The notes beneath the pieces were generated by a model. That model ran no database searches and was not told where the DNA came from. It saw only the letters and a program-made list of their open reading frames with translations. A stretch of DNA of 64,000 nucleotides from Planctomycetota bacterium (GTDB taxonomy: Bacteria > Planctomycetota > MHYJ01 > WSZJ01): positions 256,001 to 320,000 of the forward strand of contig JBBTCT010000001.1 in the NCBI GenBank assembly GCA_038060895.1, written 5' to 3'. This document shows positions 8,733-18,389 of the stretch, in pieces (position 1 is the first letter of the stretch; every line of letters starts with the position of its first letter). Made by a program: the position numbers and the translations under genes.

Positions 8733-9497
8733 ATGGACTCCGCCCTCTACGTCGGCACATTGGAACACCGCCGCTTCCGCCCGCGCCGCCACGTCTTCAC
8801 CTACGACGTCGGGATGGCCTTCCTCGACATCGACCGCCTCCCCGAACTCTGCTCGATCTCGCGCTGGCTTTCGTACGACCGCTGGAACTGGGCGTCGTTC
8901 GACAACCGCGACCACCTCGGCGATCCGAAACGGCCGCTTCGCGAACGTCTCGCCGCCGACGCCGCGGCCGCCGGAATCGGCCTCCCCGACGGCCCGATCT
9001 TCCTCCTCACCAACCTCCGGTACCTCGGCTACTGCTTCAATCCCGTCTCGTACTACTACTGCCACGACCGCGCGGGCGAACTCCAGACAATCCTCGCCGA
9101 GGTGCACAACACGTGGAAAGAGCTCCACACGTACTGGATGCCCCCCGCCCTCGCCGAACCGGGCCGCTCGTTCTCCTGGCGCTTCCCCAAGAAGTTCCAC
9201 GTTTCCCCGTTCGCCTCCATGGACTGCGATTACCGCTTTTCGTTCGGCCGCCCCGCCGACCGGCTGGGCGTCCACGTCTCGATGTGGGAGAGGGGCGACT
9301 TCTTCTTCGACGCCACGATGCGCCTCGAGCGGCGCGCGTGGTCGCACACCGAGCTCGTGTCTTTCCTCACCCGGTTCCCGTGGCACACTGCCAAGGTCAT
9401 TTCCGCGATCCATTGGGAGGCTTTCAGGCTGTGGTTGAAGCGCGTCCCCGTCTTCACGCACCCGAAGAAGCTCGCCGCGCGCCCGCCGGTTTCGTAG
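8733..9497 (+). CDS. DUF1365 family protein (UfaO-like)
   Basis: SALYVG..HRRFRP, FNPVSYYYC, AEVHNTW, KKFHVSPF and IHWEAFRLWLK motifs. Confidence 0.92.
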   Translation: MDSALYVGTLEHRRFRPRRHVFTYDVGMAFLDIDRLPELCSISRWLSYDRWNWASFDNRDHLGDPKRPLRERLAADAAAAGIGLPDGPIFLLTNLRYLGYCFNPVSYYYCHDRAGELQTILAEVHNTWKELHTYWMPPALAEPGRSFSWRFPKKFHVSPFASMDCDYRFSFGRPADRLGVHVSMWERGDFFFDATMRLERRAWSHTELVSFLTRFPWHTAKVISAIHWEAFRLWLKRVPVFTHPKKLAARPPVS

Positions 9498-10696
9498 GGC
9501 GGCTCGCGAAGCGGGCACTGGTCAAGGTCCTTGCGGGAATCCGCGAGGGGCGCCTGACTGTCGGTGAAACCGGAGCGTTCGGTCCTGGTGGCGGCCTCGA
9601 GGGCCAGGTCGAGGTGCACGACGAGAGGTTGTGGAAGCGGGCGTTGTTCGGCGGAGACGTCGGGCTCGGCGAGGCGTACGTGGACGGGATGTGGTCGTCG
9701 CCGGACCTGGTGTCGGTGATCCGCGTCGCGATCCGCAACATGGATGTCTTCGACGCGGCGGGCGGGGTGTTCGCGCGAATCGCGGCGTTCTTCAACCGCA
9801 AGCGGCACTCGGCGCGCGACAACTCGATCGAAGGGAGCCGGCGGAACATCGCGGACCACTACGACCTGGGAAACGAGTTCTACCGGCTGTTCCTCGACGA
9901 CTCGCTCTCGTATTCCTGCGCGTTTTACGAGAAGCCCGACGAGCCGCTCGGGCGCGCGCAAGTCGCGAAGTACGAGCGGATCTGCCGAAAGCTCCGGCTC
10001 GGGCCGGAAGTTCGCCTGCTCGAGATCGGGACGGGCTGGGGCGGGTTCGCGGCGCACGCCGCGCTGAAGTACGGGTGTCGTATCACGACGACGACGATCT
10101 CGCGCAAGCAGTACGAGTTCTCGCGGGAGCTGTTCGCGCGGCTCGGGCTGGGCGACCGCGTCACGCTGCTCTGCGAGGACTACCGCAAACTCAGCGGGTG
10201 CTTCGACAAGGCCGTGTCGATCGAGATGTTCGAAGCCGTCGGCCTCGAGCACTACGACGACTACTTCGGCGCGCTCCAGCGGCTGCTCGGCCCGCGCGGC
10301 GTCGCGCTCATCCAGACCATCACCATGAACGAGCGGAGATTCGAGGCGTACCGGCGGCGGCCGGATTTCATCCAGAAGCACGTCTTCCCCGGCGCCGAGC
10401 TGGCGTCGGTCTCGGAAATCCAGAAATCGCTCGGCCGCGTGACGACGATGTCGCTCGTCCACCTGGAAGACATCGGGATCCACTACGCACGAACGCTTCG
10501 GGAGTGGCGCGAACGGTTCCTCGAACGCCTCGACCAGGTTCGCGCACTCGGGTTCGACGAGCGTTTCATCCGCAAGTGGGAGTACTACCTTGCGTACTGC
10601 GAAGCGGGCTTTGCGGAGCGGTACATCGGGGACGCGCAGATGCTGCTGACGAAGGTTTCGAACGAGGGTGGTGTCGGAGAGGAGCCCTGGGCATGA
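9431..10696 (+). CDS. cfa: cyclopropane-fatty-acyl-phospholipid synthase family methyltransferase (UfaM-like)
   Basis: NIADHYDLGNEFY, YSCA, LEIGTGWG, SIEMFEAVG and YLAYCEAGF motifs; GTG start at 9431 after GGGAGG (start inferred). Confidence 0.88.
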   Translation: MVEARPRLHAPEEARRAPAGFVGRLAKRALVKVLAGIREGRLTVGETGAFGPGGGLEGQVEVHDERLWKRALFGGDVGLGEAYVDGMWSSPDLVSVIRVAIRNMDVFDAAGGVFARIAAFFNRKRHSARDNSIEGSRRNIADHYDLGNEFYRLFLDDSLSYSCAFYEKPDEPLGRAQVAKYERICRKLRLGPEVRLLEIGTGWGGFAAHAALKYGCRITTTTISRKQYEFSRELFARLGLGDRVTLLCEDYRKLSGCFDKAVSIEMFEAVGLEHYDDYFGALQRLLGPRGVALIQTITMNERRFEAYRRRPDFIQKHVFPGAELASVSEIQKSLGRVTTMSLVHLEDIGIHYARTLREWRERFLERLDQVRALGFDERFIRKWEYYLAYCEAGFAERYIGDAQMLLTKVSNEGGVGEEPWA

Positions 10697-11478
10697 CACT
10701 GACCCTCGTCCTCCTGGTCGGCGCCGCAATCACCCTCGGGCTGATGTTTCTCCTCTGGCTGCTCCAGGCAAAGACCACCAACGCCGGCTGGGGGGACGTC
10801 GGCTGGGCCTTCTCGTTCGCGCTCACCACCGGCTGGTACTGCTGGTCTTCCAGCGGCGACCTTCACCGCCGCTTCGCCGTTACCGCGCTCGCCGCCCTCT
10901 GGTCCGCACGGCTCGGCCTCTACCTGGCCGTCCGCCTCCTGGGCGACCACGAGGAAGACGGCCGCTACCGGTTCTACCGCGGCTCGTGGGGCACGAACAT
11001 CCAGGCGAAGTTCCTCGCGTTCTTCCTCGCCCAGGGCGCGTTCGAATTCGTTTTCTCACTCCCCTTCCTCGCCGTTGCGCGCAACGCGGCCGCCTTCCCG
11101 CAACCTCTCGAATTCGCCACGATCGCGCTTCTCGTCGTCGCCGTCATGGGCGAGGGCATCGCCGACGCGCAACTGCGCGCCTGGAAAGGTAACCCGTTGA
11201 ACAAGGGGAAGACCTGCCGCGCCGGCCTCTGGTCCCTCTCCCGACACCCCAACTACTTCTTCCAGTGGCTTTCGTGGGTCGGCTGGGCCTGCGCCGCCTC
11301 CGCTGCCGGCGGCACGGGCTGGCTCGGGTGGCTGGCCCCGGCCGGGATGCTCTTCCTCCTCCTCAAGGTCAGCGGCATCCCGCCGACGGAAGCGCAGTCG
11401 GTTCGTTCGCGCGGCGACGATTACCGGAAGTACCAGCGCGAGGTCAGCGCATTCTTCCCGTGGTTCGCGAAGTCATGA
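10693..11478 (+). CDS. DUF1295 membrane protein (steroid 5-alpha-reductase/ICMT-like)
   Basis: EEDGRY, ADAQL, GLWSLSRHPNYF and YQREVSAFFPW motifs; ATGA overlaps. Confidence 0.9.
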   Translation: MTLTLVLLVGAAITLGLMFLLWLLQAKTTNAGWGDVGWAFSFALTTGWYCWSSSGDLHRRFAVTALAALWSARLGLYLAVRLLGDHEEDGRYRFYRGSWGTNIQAKFLAFFLAQGAFEFVFSLPFLAVARNAAAFPQPLEFATIALLVVAVMGEGIADAQLRAWKGNPLNKGKTCRAGLWSLSRHPNYFFQWLSWVGWACAASAAGGTGWLGWLAPAGMLFLLLKVSGIPPTEAQSVRSRGDDYRKYQREVSAFFPWFAKS

Positions 11479-12479
11479 CGGAAGCGCCGTTCTCGATGAA
11501 GCTCGTCGCTGCCGGGCTGATCCCCGACGCAGTCGTCCGCTGGAAGATTCGCGGCCTGCTCGCAGTGCGGCTGCGCGAAGAGAGCGCCCGCAATCCCGCC
11601 GAGCTCGTGAAGCAGCTCGACGCTTCGCCGATTGCCGTCAACACGACGGACGCGAACGAGCAGCACTACGAGGTGCCGCCGCGGTTCTTCGAACTGGTGC
11701 TGGGGAAGCGACTGAAGTATTCGAGTGCGCTCTTCGAGGGCGCCGCCGGCCTCGACGAGGCGGAGGAGCGGATGCTCGCGCTGTACGTCGAGCGCGCCCA
11801 GCTTGCCGACGGCCAGCGCATCCTCGACATGGGCTGCGGCTGGGGTTCGCTCTCGGTCTATCTCGCGGAGCGCTTCCCGAACGCCCGGATCCTCGGCGTG
11901 TCGAACTCCCGCGACCAGAAGGAGTTCATCGACAGTCGCGGCCACGCGAACCTCGAAATCCGAACCGTGGACATGAACGCGTTCGACCCCGGGGAGAAGT
12001 TCGACCGCATCGTGTCGATCGAGATGCTCGAGCACATGCGCAACTACCGGAAGCTCTTCGCGCGCATCGCGTCGTGGATGGAACCGGACGCGCGGTTTTT
12101 CGTGCACGTGTTCACGCATCGCGAGTTCGCGTACCCGTTCGAAGTGCGCGACGAGACCGACTGGATGGCGAAGTTCTTTTTCACGGGCGGGATGATGCCG
12201 TCGCACGGTCTGCTGCCGTCGTTCCAGGACGACCTCGCCTGCGCGCAGGACTGGAAGATTAATGGACTTAACTATTCCCGCACCGCGGAAGCCTGGCTCG
12301 CCAACCAGGACCGCCACCGCGACGACATCCTGGAGCTCTTCCGCAAGCCGTACGGCGCCGGCGCGCCGCTCCGCTTCGCCATGTGGCGCGTCTTCTTCAT
12401 GTCCTGCGCCGAGCTCTGGGGATACCGGGGCGGCGAAGAGTGGGGCGTGTCGCACTACCTGTTCCGCCGGGCGACCTAG
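11475..12479 (+). CDS. SAM-dependent methyltransferase (Cfa/coclaurine-N-methyltransferase-like)
   Basis: ANEQHYEVP, LKYSS, LDMGCGWGS, SIEMLEHMRNY and FFTGGMMPS motifs. Confidence 0.9.
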   Translation: MTEAPFSMKLVAAGLIPDAVVRWKIRGLLAVRLREESARNPAELVKQLDASPIAVNTTDANEQHYEVPPRFFELVLGKRLKYSSALFEGAAGLDEAEERMLALYVERAQLADGQRILDMGCGWGSLSVYLAERFPNARILGVSNSRDQKEFIDSRGHANLEIRTVDMNAFDPGEKFDRIVSIEMLEHMRNYRKLFARIASWMEPDARFFVHVFTHREFAYPFEVRDETDWMAKFFFTGGMMPSHGLLPSFQDDLACAQDWKINGLNYSRTAEAWLANQDRHRDDILELFRKPYGAGAPLRFAMWRVFFMSCAELWGYRGGEEWGVSHYLFRRAT

Positions 12480-15385
12480 GCCGGCGGAAGTTCGGATCGC
12501 GCCGGCATGCAAAGGCGGAAACCGTGCTGGCGGAAGGTCGTGCCGGGCTCGGCGGACCACACGCGCGCGACCTGGGACGTGTACCAGGACCCGATCCAGA
12601 ACCCGCCGCGCAGGCAGAATTCGTGGTGCAGTTCCCCCTCGGTGGCAGTCCAGCACCACGTCAGGATGTTCCCGGCGAGGTCCATCCCGCCGTAGGGCGA
12701 GCAATCGACCGGATAGGACCCGACGGGCATGAGGTGCGCCCGGTCGCGGTGCGTGGCGTTCGTGTTCGAGAAGGTCGCGTCGAACGAATCGCCCCACGGG
12801 TAAATGCGGGCATCGACGCCGCGCGCCGCCTTCTCGAATTCGAAATCGGTCGGGAGGCGGAAGAGCCGGCCGTCCCGGTCGGAGCGCCACGCGGCGTACG
12901 CGACGGCGTCGCCCCACGAAACGCCGCCGACGGGCAGGTCGGGGCGCGTGTGGTACGCGTCGGGCGCGTCGGCGGGCTGCAGCTCAAAGCGCCCTTCCCG
13001 TTCGACCACGAGCGGCAGCTCGCGCTCGCGAGGCCGCCGCTTCCGCGCTTCGTCAATCCGCCCGGTCCCGGCGAGCACGTTCAGGTAGTCGACATATTCC
13101 CCGGCCGTGACCGGATACTTCGCGATGAAGAAATCCTCGGCGTGGCCCCGCCTCTCGGGACGGGGAGCGCCGCCGCGTCGCCCGCCGAGAGTGAACGGGC
13201 CAGCGGTGACGTAGACGAATCCCTCGGGGATCTCCTCCGGCCGGTAGAGCGCGACCTGCTGCTCCCAGCGACCTTCGCGCGCGAGGAGCACGGGCACAAT
13301 CGCCGTGGCGTAAACCGGATGCCGGACCTCGAGTCGCCACGAGCCGGCGGGAAGCGGAGCGTCCGCGAGAGGCGTGACGCCGATCCGGCGGGACTCGCGC
13401 AGCACGAGCCGGCGGTCCTCCTCTTCGTATTTCGCCGCCCAGACCTCGGCCCCGGCGACGTCGGTCGTGGGACAACGGTCCCCGTGGCCAAAACTCGCGC
13501 CCCGCGGCTCCAGGCGCATCACCGGGGAAGGCCGCTCGTCCGCGGTCGCAGCTTCCCCGTACTCGGGACGCCCCTCGCGCCACGGAACCTTCGGCTTCTC
13601 CCCCGGCCGCGAATGCCACGCTCCCGGCGCCGGGCGCAGACACCGGCACTCCCTCGCGAAAGCCCGGATCGTTACACGCCCCGGCGCCGCCAGCCTCGCC
13701 GCGTGGCGCCCGCCCCGGTCATGCCGCTCCAGCGACTGGCGCTGCAGAAGCGCCTCATCCGCATCCCGCGCCGCCTCGGCTTCCACGAGCCGGTCGTACG
13801 CCAGTTCGCACGCGCCTTCGGCAGCCGCTTCGCTGAAAGGATCGTCGCGAAGCGCGGTATCGAACGACGCGCCGGCGCGTGAGAACGCGCGGATGCGCTC
13901 CTCGCGAAGCCGCCGGTGCGCGTCCTCCGCGTCCCAGATCCGGCGTTTGCGGTCGAGCGGCTCCCAGGGCCGCGTCTCCTCCATCAACCGCTCGACCTTC
14001 GCCTGCGCCTCGCGCGCCTCGACGCCAAGCTCGCGCCAGCGGCGGTGGTGCTCGCGCCCCTCATCCACGCGCTTCGCCGCTTCCCTGCGCAGGCGGTCGC
14101 GCTCGGCGACGCCGTCGAGGAAGCGCTGGACGTCGGCGTGGAGGTCGAGGACGGCGGGGTACCGGTCTTCGCGGCGGAGCGAGAGAGCGCGGAGGCAGAC
14201 GGCCTCCAGGTCGGGGGGCACGGGATCCGCGTCGCGGAACGTGCGTGCGGTGGTCGCGCGAATCGCGCGCGGCGGCGTGATGCGCCCCTCGCGGGCGCGC
14301 GTCAGGACTTCTTCAACCGTCTTGCCGTCGACCGGCGGACGCAGAGTGAGGATCTCGTAGAGAATCGCGCCGAGCGCGTAGACGTCGGTGCGCTCGTCGA
14401 CCACGTCGTTGCGGCCGGAGGCCTGTTCCGGAGACATGTAAGCAGGGGTCCCGATGAGCGCGCCGTCGATCGTGAGCCCGACTTCCTCGGGCGCCGCGAC
14501 GCCGGCGACCGCCTCTTGTTCCGGCTCCCCCTTGACTCTCGCGAGTCCCCAGTCCACCACGTACACCTCGCCGAAGTCCCCGACCATCACGTTCGACGGT
14601 TTCAGATCGCGGTGCAGCACGCCCCTCGAATGGGCGAACGCAATCCCCAGGCACGCGCTCTGGAAGGCCCCCAGCAGCCGAGTGCGCGGCCACGCTGCCC
14701 TCGCCTCCTCCTTCCCCGCCGCGAGATCCTCGAGAATCGCCTTCATGTCCCGACCCCGCACCCGCTTCATCGCCAGGAACGGCCGCTTCTCGCCCTTGGC
14801 GCCCACCATCGTCCCGAAATCGTGCACCGGCACGATCTGAGGATGCTCCAGCCGCGCCGTGACCATCGCTTCGCGCACAAACCTCTCCGTCAACGCCGGC
14901 GAAAGGTCGTCGATCACGATCTTGACCGCGACCTCGCGCCCGAGCCTCCGGTCCTCCGCCAGCACGACCCGCCCGATGCCCCCGCGGCCTATTTCGGCGC
15001 CGAGGCGGTAACGCGAAGCGTCGGCAGCTGTGGAGTCTGGGAGGACGGACGGGCGGACGGGGGTTCTCCCTGCGGCCGCGAGCGTCTGGGCCACGACGTC
15101 GCCGACGACTGTGCCCTGCAGCGACTCGCTCGCCACGGCGTCGGCCGCCGCCGCCGCCAGCGAAGCGGCCTCATCCCCCCCGTGCCGGCGGATCCTCGCA
15201 TCGAGCAACGCCTTCACCGCGCCCCGCTCCGCTTCCCGAAGCGCCTTGCGCTCCACCAGCATCGCGCCGATGTCCGCTCCCGGCCGCTCGATCGCTTCCG
15301 GCACGCACGCGATGAGATCCTCGCGCGACACGAGGTCCATCTGGAGCGCGAGGAGGGCGAAGAGAAGGTTGGCGTCGCGGGTCAA
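12476..15385 (-). CDS. Ser/Thr protein kinase fused to C-terminal FGE-sulfatase (SUMF1/C-type lectin fold) domain
   Basis: GRGGIG, VAVK, HRDLKPSN, DWGLA and GTPAYMSPEQ; C-terminal YPVT, RLPTDFEFEKAARG, DLAGN and GFRL; TTG start. Confidence 0.92.
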   Translation of the reverse strand: MTRDANLLFALLALQMDLVSREDLIACVPEAIERPGADIGAMLVERKALREAERGAVKALLDARIRRHGGDEAASLAAAAADAVASESLQGTVVGDVVAQTLAAAGRTPVRPSVLPDSTAADASRYRLGAEIGRGGIGRVVLAEDRRLGREVAVKIVIDDLSPALTERFVREAMVTARLEHPQIVPVHDFGTMVGAKGEKRPFLAMKRVRGRDMKAILEDLAAGKEEARAAWPRTRLLGAFQSACLGIAFAHSRGVLHRDLKPSNVMVGDFGEVYVVDWGLARVKGEPEQEAVAGVAAPEEVGLTIDGALIGTPAYMSPEQASGRNDVVDERTDVYALGAILYEILTLRPPVDGKTVEEVLTRAREGRITPPRAIRATTARTFRDADPVPPDLEAVCLRALSLRREDRYPAVLDLHADVQRFLDGVAERDRLRREAAKRVDEGREHHRRWRELGVEAREAQAKVERLMEETRPWEPLDRKRRIWDAEDAHRRLREERIRAFSRAGASFDTALRDDPFSEAAAEGACELAYDRLVEAEAARDADEALLQRQSLERHDRGGRHAARLAAPGRVTIRAFARECRCLRPAPGAWHSRPGEKPKVPWREGRPEYGEAATADERPSPVMRLEPRGASFGHGDRCPTTDVAGAEVWAAKYEEEDRRLVLRESRRIGVTPLADAPLPAGSWRLEVRHPVYATAIVPVLLAREGRWEQQVALYRPEEIPEGFVYVTAGPFTLGGRRGGAPRPERRGHAEDFFIAKYPVTAGEYVDYLNVLAGTGRIDEARKRRPRERELPLVVEREGRFELQPADAPDAYHTRPDLPVGGVSWGDAVAYAAWRSDRDGRLFRLPTDFEFEKAARGVDARIYPWGDSFDATFSNTNATHRDRAHLMPVGSYPVDCSPYGGMDLAGNILTWCWTATEGELHHEFCLRGGFWIGSWYTSQVARVWSAEPGTTFRQHGFRLCMPARSELPPA

Positions 15386-15609
15386 GGGCGGGCGCGCCGC
15401 GCATGGGCGCGGGCGACGTCCTCGATCACGCGGCTGGCGCCCGCCGAGTGCCCGATCGCGGCGAACGCGTGCGCAGCGGCCCGGGGAACGTTGCCTTTGC
15501 GGAAGTGGCCCGCGGCGGTGTGGGCGTGGAGTGCGGCGGCCTCGAGTTCGCGGGCGATGTCATCGAGGCGGGCAGCGGCTTTCAGATGCGCACGCGAGGC
15601 CTTCATCAA
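15382..15609 (-). CDS. small His/Ala-rich hypothetical protein
   Basis: 75-aa ORF with GAGGAG RBS, overlapping the kinase start. Confidence 0.65.
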   Translation of the reverse strand: MMKASRAHLKAAARLDDIARELEAAALHAHTAAGHFRKGNVPRAAAHAFAAIGHSAGASRVIEDVARAHARRARP

Positions 15610-15625
15610 GGTGCTCCTCTCGAGT

Positions 15626-16780
15626 CTACTTCTTCGAAAGATACCGCCTCACCGACCCGCTCCCCTCATCTTCATTGATCACCGCCACCACCAGATCGTC
15701 CTTCTTGTCCAGGTCGTAGTCCCCTGCCGCCGCGCTGTACCGGTGAAAGTTCCCCTTTCCCGTGAACTCGCAGTTCTGCGTAAACACGCCCTTGCCGTCA
15801 TTCAGCTGAATCGTCACCGACCAGGTCGCGCCTGCCGCGACGACGCACGCGCCGCACGCGAGATCGATGTTCTTGTCGCCGTTGAAGTCGCCCACGACGG
15901 CAAACTTCGCCTTCTTCGACGTCACGATGTCCGTGAGCTTCGTGAAGCCGCCCTTGCCGTCGCCTTTCATCACGCGCACGAAGTTCTGCTCTTCGCAGCA
16001 GACCGCGAGGTCGAGGACCTTGTCGCCATCGAGATCCGCGATCCCCATCCCGTTGGGTTTGAGATTCGCCCCACCCTCGTCGAGCTTCACTTTCAGCGCT
16101 TCCTTCGCAAACAGGCCGTTTCCCGCTCCCGGGTAAACCAGCAGGACGCTTCCCTTCTGGTCGCTCGTGATGACGTCGGCCTTCTTGTCGCCGGTCACAT
16201 CCCCCGCGACCACGGCGCCGCACTCTGGGATATTGAGCGAGAACGATTCCTTGAGCGTCGGCCCCAGGAAAACCTTGAGACGCCCCGGCGTCTTGTCCAC
16301 GACCGGGTCCGGCCAGCCGACGACGATGAAGTCGGGCCTGCGGTCGCCGTTCATGTCGTGAAACCACCCTGCGATGGGCCAGCCGACGCCAAGATCCGTC
16401 TCCTGGCCCTCCTGCAGCTTCCCCTTCGATCCCTTGTAAACCGAGAGCTTGGTCGAGTTGTTGTCCATCTGCGCAAAGTCCCGGAGGCCGTCGCCGTCCA
16501 CATCCGCCGCCATCCCCCAGTTCGGGCCCATCCGCGTTCCAAGCATCTTGTTGTAGTCGCCCTTCAGTCCGCCCTTCGCATCCGTCAGGAAAATGTTGAT
16601 CCCCGACGGCCGGATCTGGTCCACGACCACGTCCGGCTTCCCGTCCTGGTTCACGTCGATGATCCCGATCCCGTGCGGCGCCCCCTGCTCGGTGTCGGCC
16701 TGCGGCGCTTCCTTGAGGACGGCGTCCTCGGCGCAGGCGAAGGCAGCGGCGAAAATGAGTGCGGCGAGCGTGCGAGGCAT
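15626..16780 (-). CDS. secreted FG-GAP/VCBS repeat (beta-propeller) protein
   Basis: Signal peptide; about seven D-x-N/D-G-D-x-x-x-D repeats (DVNQDGKPD, DVDGDGLRD, DFNGDKNID). Confidence 0.88.
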   Translation of the reverse strand: MPRTLAALIFAAAFACAEDAVLKEAPQADTEQGAPHGIGIIDVNQDGKPDVVVDQIRPSGINIFLTDAKGGLKGDYNKMLGTRMGPNWGMAADVDGDGLRDFAQMDNNSTKLSVYKGSKGKLQEGQETDLGVGWPIAGWFHDMNGDRRPDFIVVGWPDPVVDKTPGRLKVFLGPTLKESFSLNIPECGAVVAGDVTGDKKADVITSDQKGSVLLVYPGAGNGLFAKEALKVKLDEGGANLKPNGMGIADLDGDKVLDLAVCCEEQNFVRVMKGDGKGGFTKLTDIVTSKKAKFAVVGDFNGDKNIDLACGACVVAAGATWSVTIQLNDGKGVFTQNCEFTGKGNFHRYSAAAGDYDLDKKDDLVVAVINEDEGSGSVRRYLSKK

Positions 16781-16871
16781 GAAGCGGCTCCGATGGTCCC
16801 CCCGGGACAGGTCGTGGAATGATAACGCGGAAAGGGGGAGGACCCTTCCCGGTCGCGGAAACCAGCGGCGA

Positions 16872-17627
16872 TCACGGCTCCGCGGGCGGTTCCTGGGAGC
16901 TCGCGGCATCCTGATCCGGGATCAGGGTGATCCGGATATCCGCAAAGTCCTCCGTCTGCTCGAGCGTCACCTTCTGCTGCTTCGCCAGCTCGAGAGAAGC
17001 GAGGAAGTGCGACACCGTCTTGAGGGGATTCGAGCGGTCCGGGACCAGTTCGCGGAAGTTCATCGCTCCCTTTGCCTTGACCGCCTCGTACATCGCCTCG
17101 ATCACGGCTTCAATCGGGACGTCGTCGTAGAGGATCTTCTCCAGCCCGTCGATGCGCGTCGCCTTCGAGATCTTCGCCCACGTCGCCGCGAGGTCGAACG
17201 CCGAAAGATCGACTTCTTCCTCTTCGCCCTCCGGCACTTCCAGCCTCAGCCGCGGCCGCCCGAACATTTTCTCCCGTCCGTCGGCGAGCCGCCCGAACTC
17301 CCGGGCGAGGTCCTTGTAGCGCTTGTACTGCAGGAGCTGCTGGATGAGCTCGAGCCGGGGATCGCCTTCGTCTTCTTCCTCTTCCTCGATGCTCCGCGGC
17401 GCGAGCGTCCGCGATTTCATTTCCATGAGCGTGGTCGCCATGACGAGGAACTCGCCGGCGACGTTGATATCGAGCTTCTCCATCATCTCGAGGTACTTGA
17501 CGTACTGCTCGGCCACGCGGGCGATCGGGATATTGAGAATGTCCAGCTCCTGCTCCTTGAGGAGGTGCAGGAGGAGGTCGAGCGGGCCGTAATACGTCTC
17601 GATCTTGACCTTGTAGTCGACGGTCAT
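16872..17627 (-). CDS. scpA: segregation/condensation protein A
   Basis: YYGPLDLLLHL, AGEFLVMA, DPRLELIQQLLQYK and FLASLEL motifs. Confidence 0.93.
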   Translation of the reverse strand: MTVDYKVKIETYYGPLDLLLHLLKEQELDILNIPIARVAEQYVKYLEMMEKLDINVAGEFLVMATTLMEMKSRTLAPRSIEEEEEDEGDPRLELIQQLLQYKRYKDLAREFGRLADGREKMFGRPRLRLEVPEGEEEEVDLSAFDLAATWAKISKATRIDGLEKILYDDVPIEAVIEAMYEAVKAKGAMNFRELVPDRSNPLKTVSHFLASLELAKQQKVTLEQTEDFADIRITLIPDQDAASSQEPPAEP

Positions 17628-18265
17628 TGAGTGGGAATCCCGAACAGGAGCTCGCGGTACTTGTAGACGGGGAGGAAGTAGTACTTGCTGACGTTTGGAA
17701 TGCTGAGGATGACGATGGCGATGATGATGCCGTACTGGCGGAGCGCGTCAAACTTCTCCCGCGCGACCGGCCCCAGGAAGTAGCGCAGCACGTCGCCCCC
17801 GTCGAGGCCGGGGACGGGAAGCATGTTGAAGAACAGGAGGATGAGGTTCAGCTGGATCATGACGAGGAACAGCAGGTGGTACACGGAATCCGCCGGTAGG
17901 GACGGCCGGATGACGAGATAGAGGCCTGAAAACAGAAGGGCCAGCACGACATTCACCACAGGCCCGGCCAGCGCGACAAACACGCGGTCGCGAAGCGGCT
18001 TCTTGAAGTAGGCCGGATCGATCGGCGTCCACGCGCCACCGAGCAGGCCCTGCCCGCTCATGATGAAGACCAGCGGGAGAATCACGGCCGTGAAGACCGG
18101 CTTGAGGTGTGCGAACGGATTCAGCGTCAGCCGGCCGTGATTGGCAGGCGTCGGGTCCCCGAACCAGGTCGCCGAGTACGCATGCCCTGCCTCGTGAAGT
18201 CCCACCGACAGGACCCACGCGGCCGCCTGGATCAGCTTGTATTGCGTTTCGAAATCCTGAGGCAC
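17624..18265 (-). CDS. site-2 protease (M50) family metalloprotease
   Basis: HEAGH, GRLTLNP, ALAGP and FNMLPVPGLDGG motifs; GTG start inferred. Confidence 0.9.
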   Translation of the reverse strand: MPQDFETQYKLIQAAAWVLSVGLHEAGHAYSATWFGDPTPANHGRLTLNPFAHLKPVFTAVILPLVFIMSGQGLLGGAWTPIDPAYFKKPLRDRVFVALAGPVVNVVLALLFSGLYLVIRPSLPADSVYHLLFLVMIQLNLILLFFNMLPVPGLDGGDVLRYFLGPVAREKFDALRQYGIIIAIVILSIPNVSKYYFLPVYKYRELLFGIPTQ

Positions 18266-18389
18266 GCAGGGACGATAGCCCAGCCCCCCGGACCGCGCCA
18301 CAGCGGTCCCGGCGGCGCCGATCGTGAAGAGAAAGTGAAGAGTCCATGAGCGGGGCGACGGGGCGCCGAAGCGCGTGTATCATGCGCCG

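Noticed and set aside
16872-17627. scpA without an adjacent scpB, and murD outside a dcw cluster
   Set aside because: Dispersal of these genes is common; partner genes may lie elsewhere in the genome.
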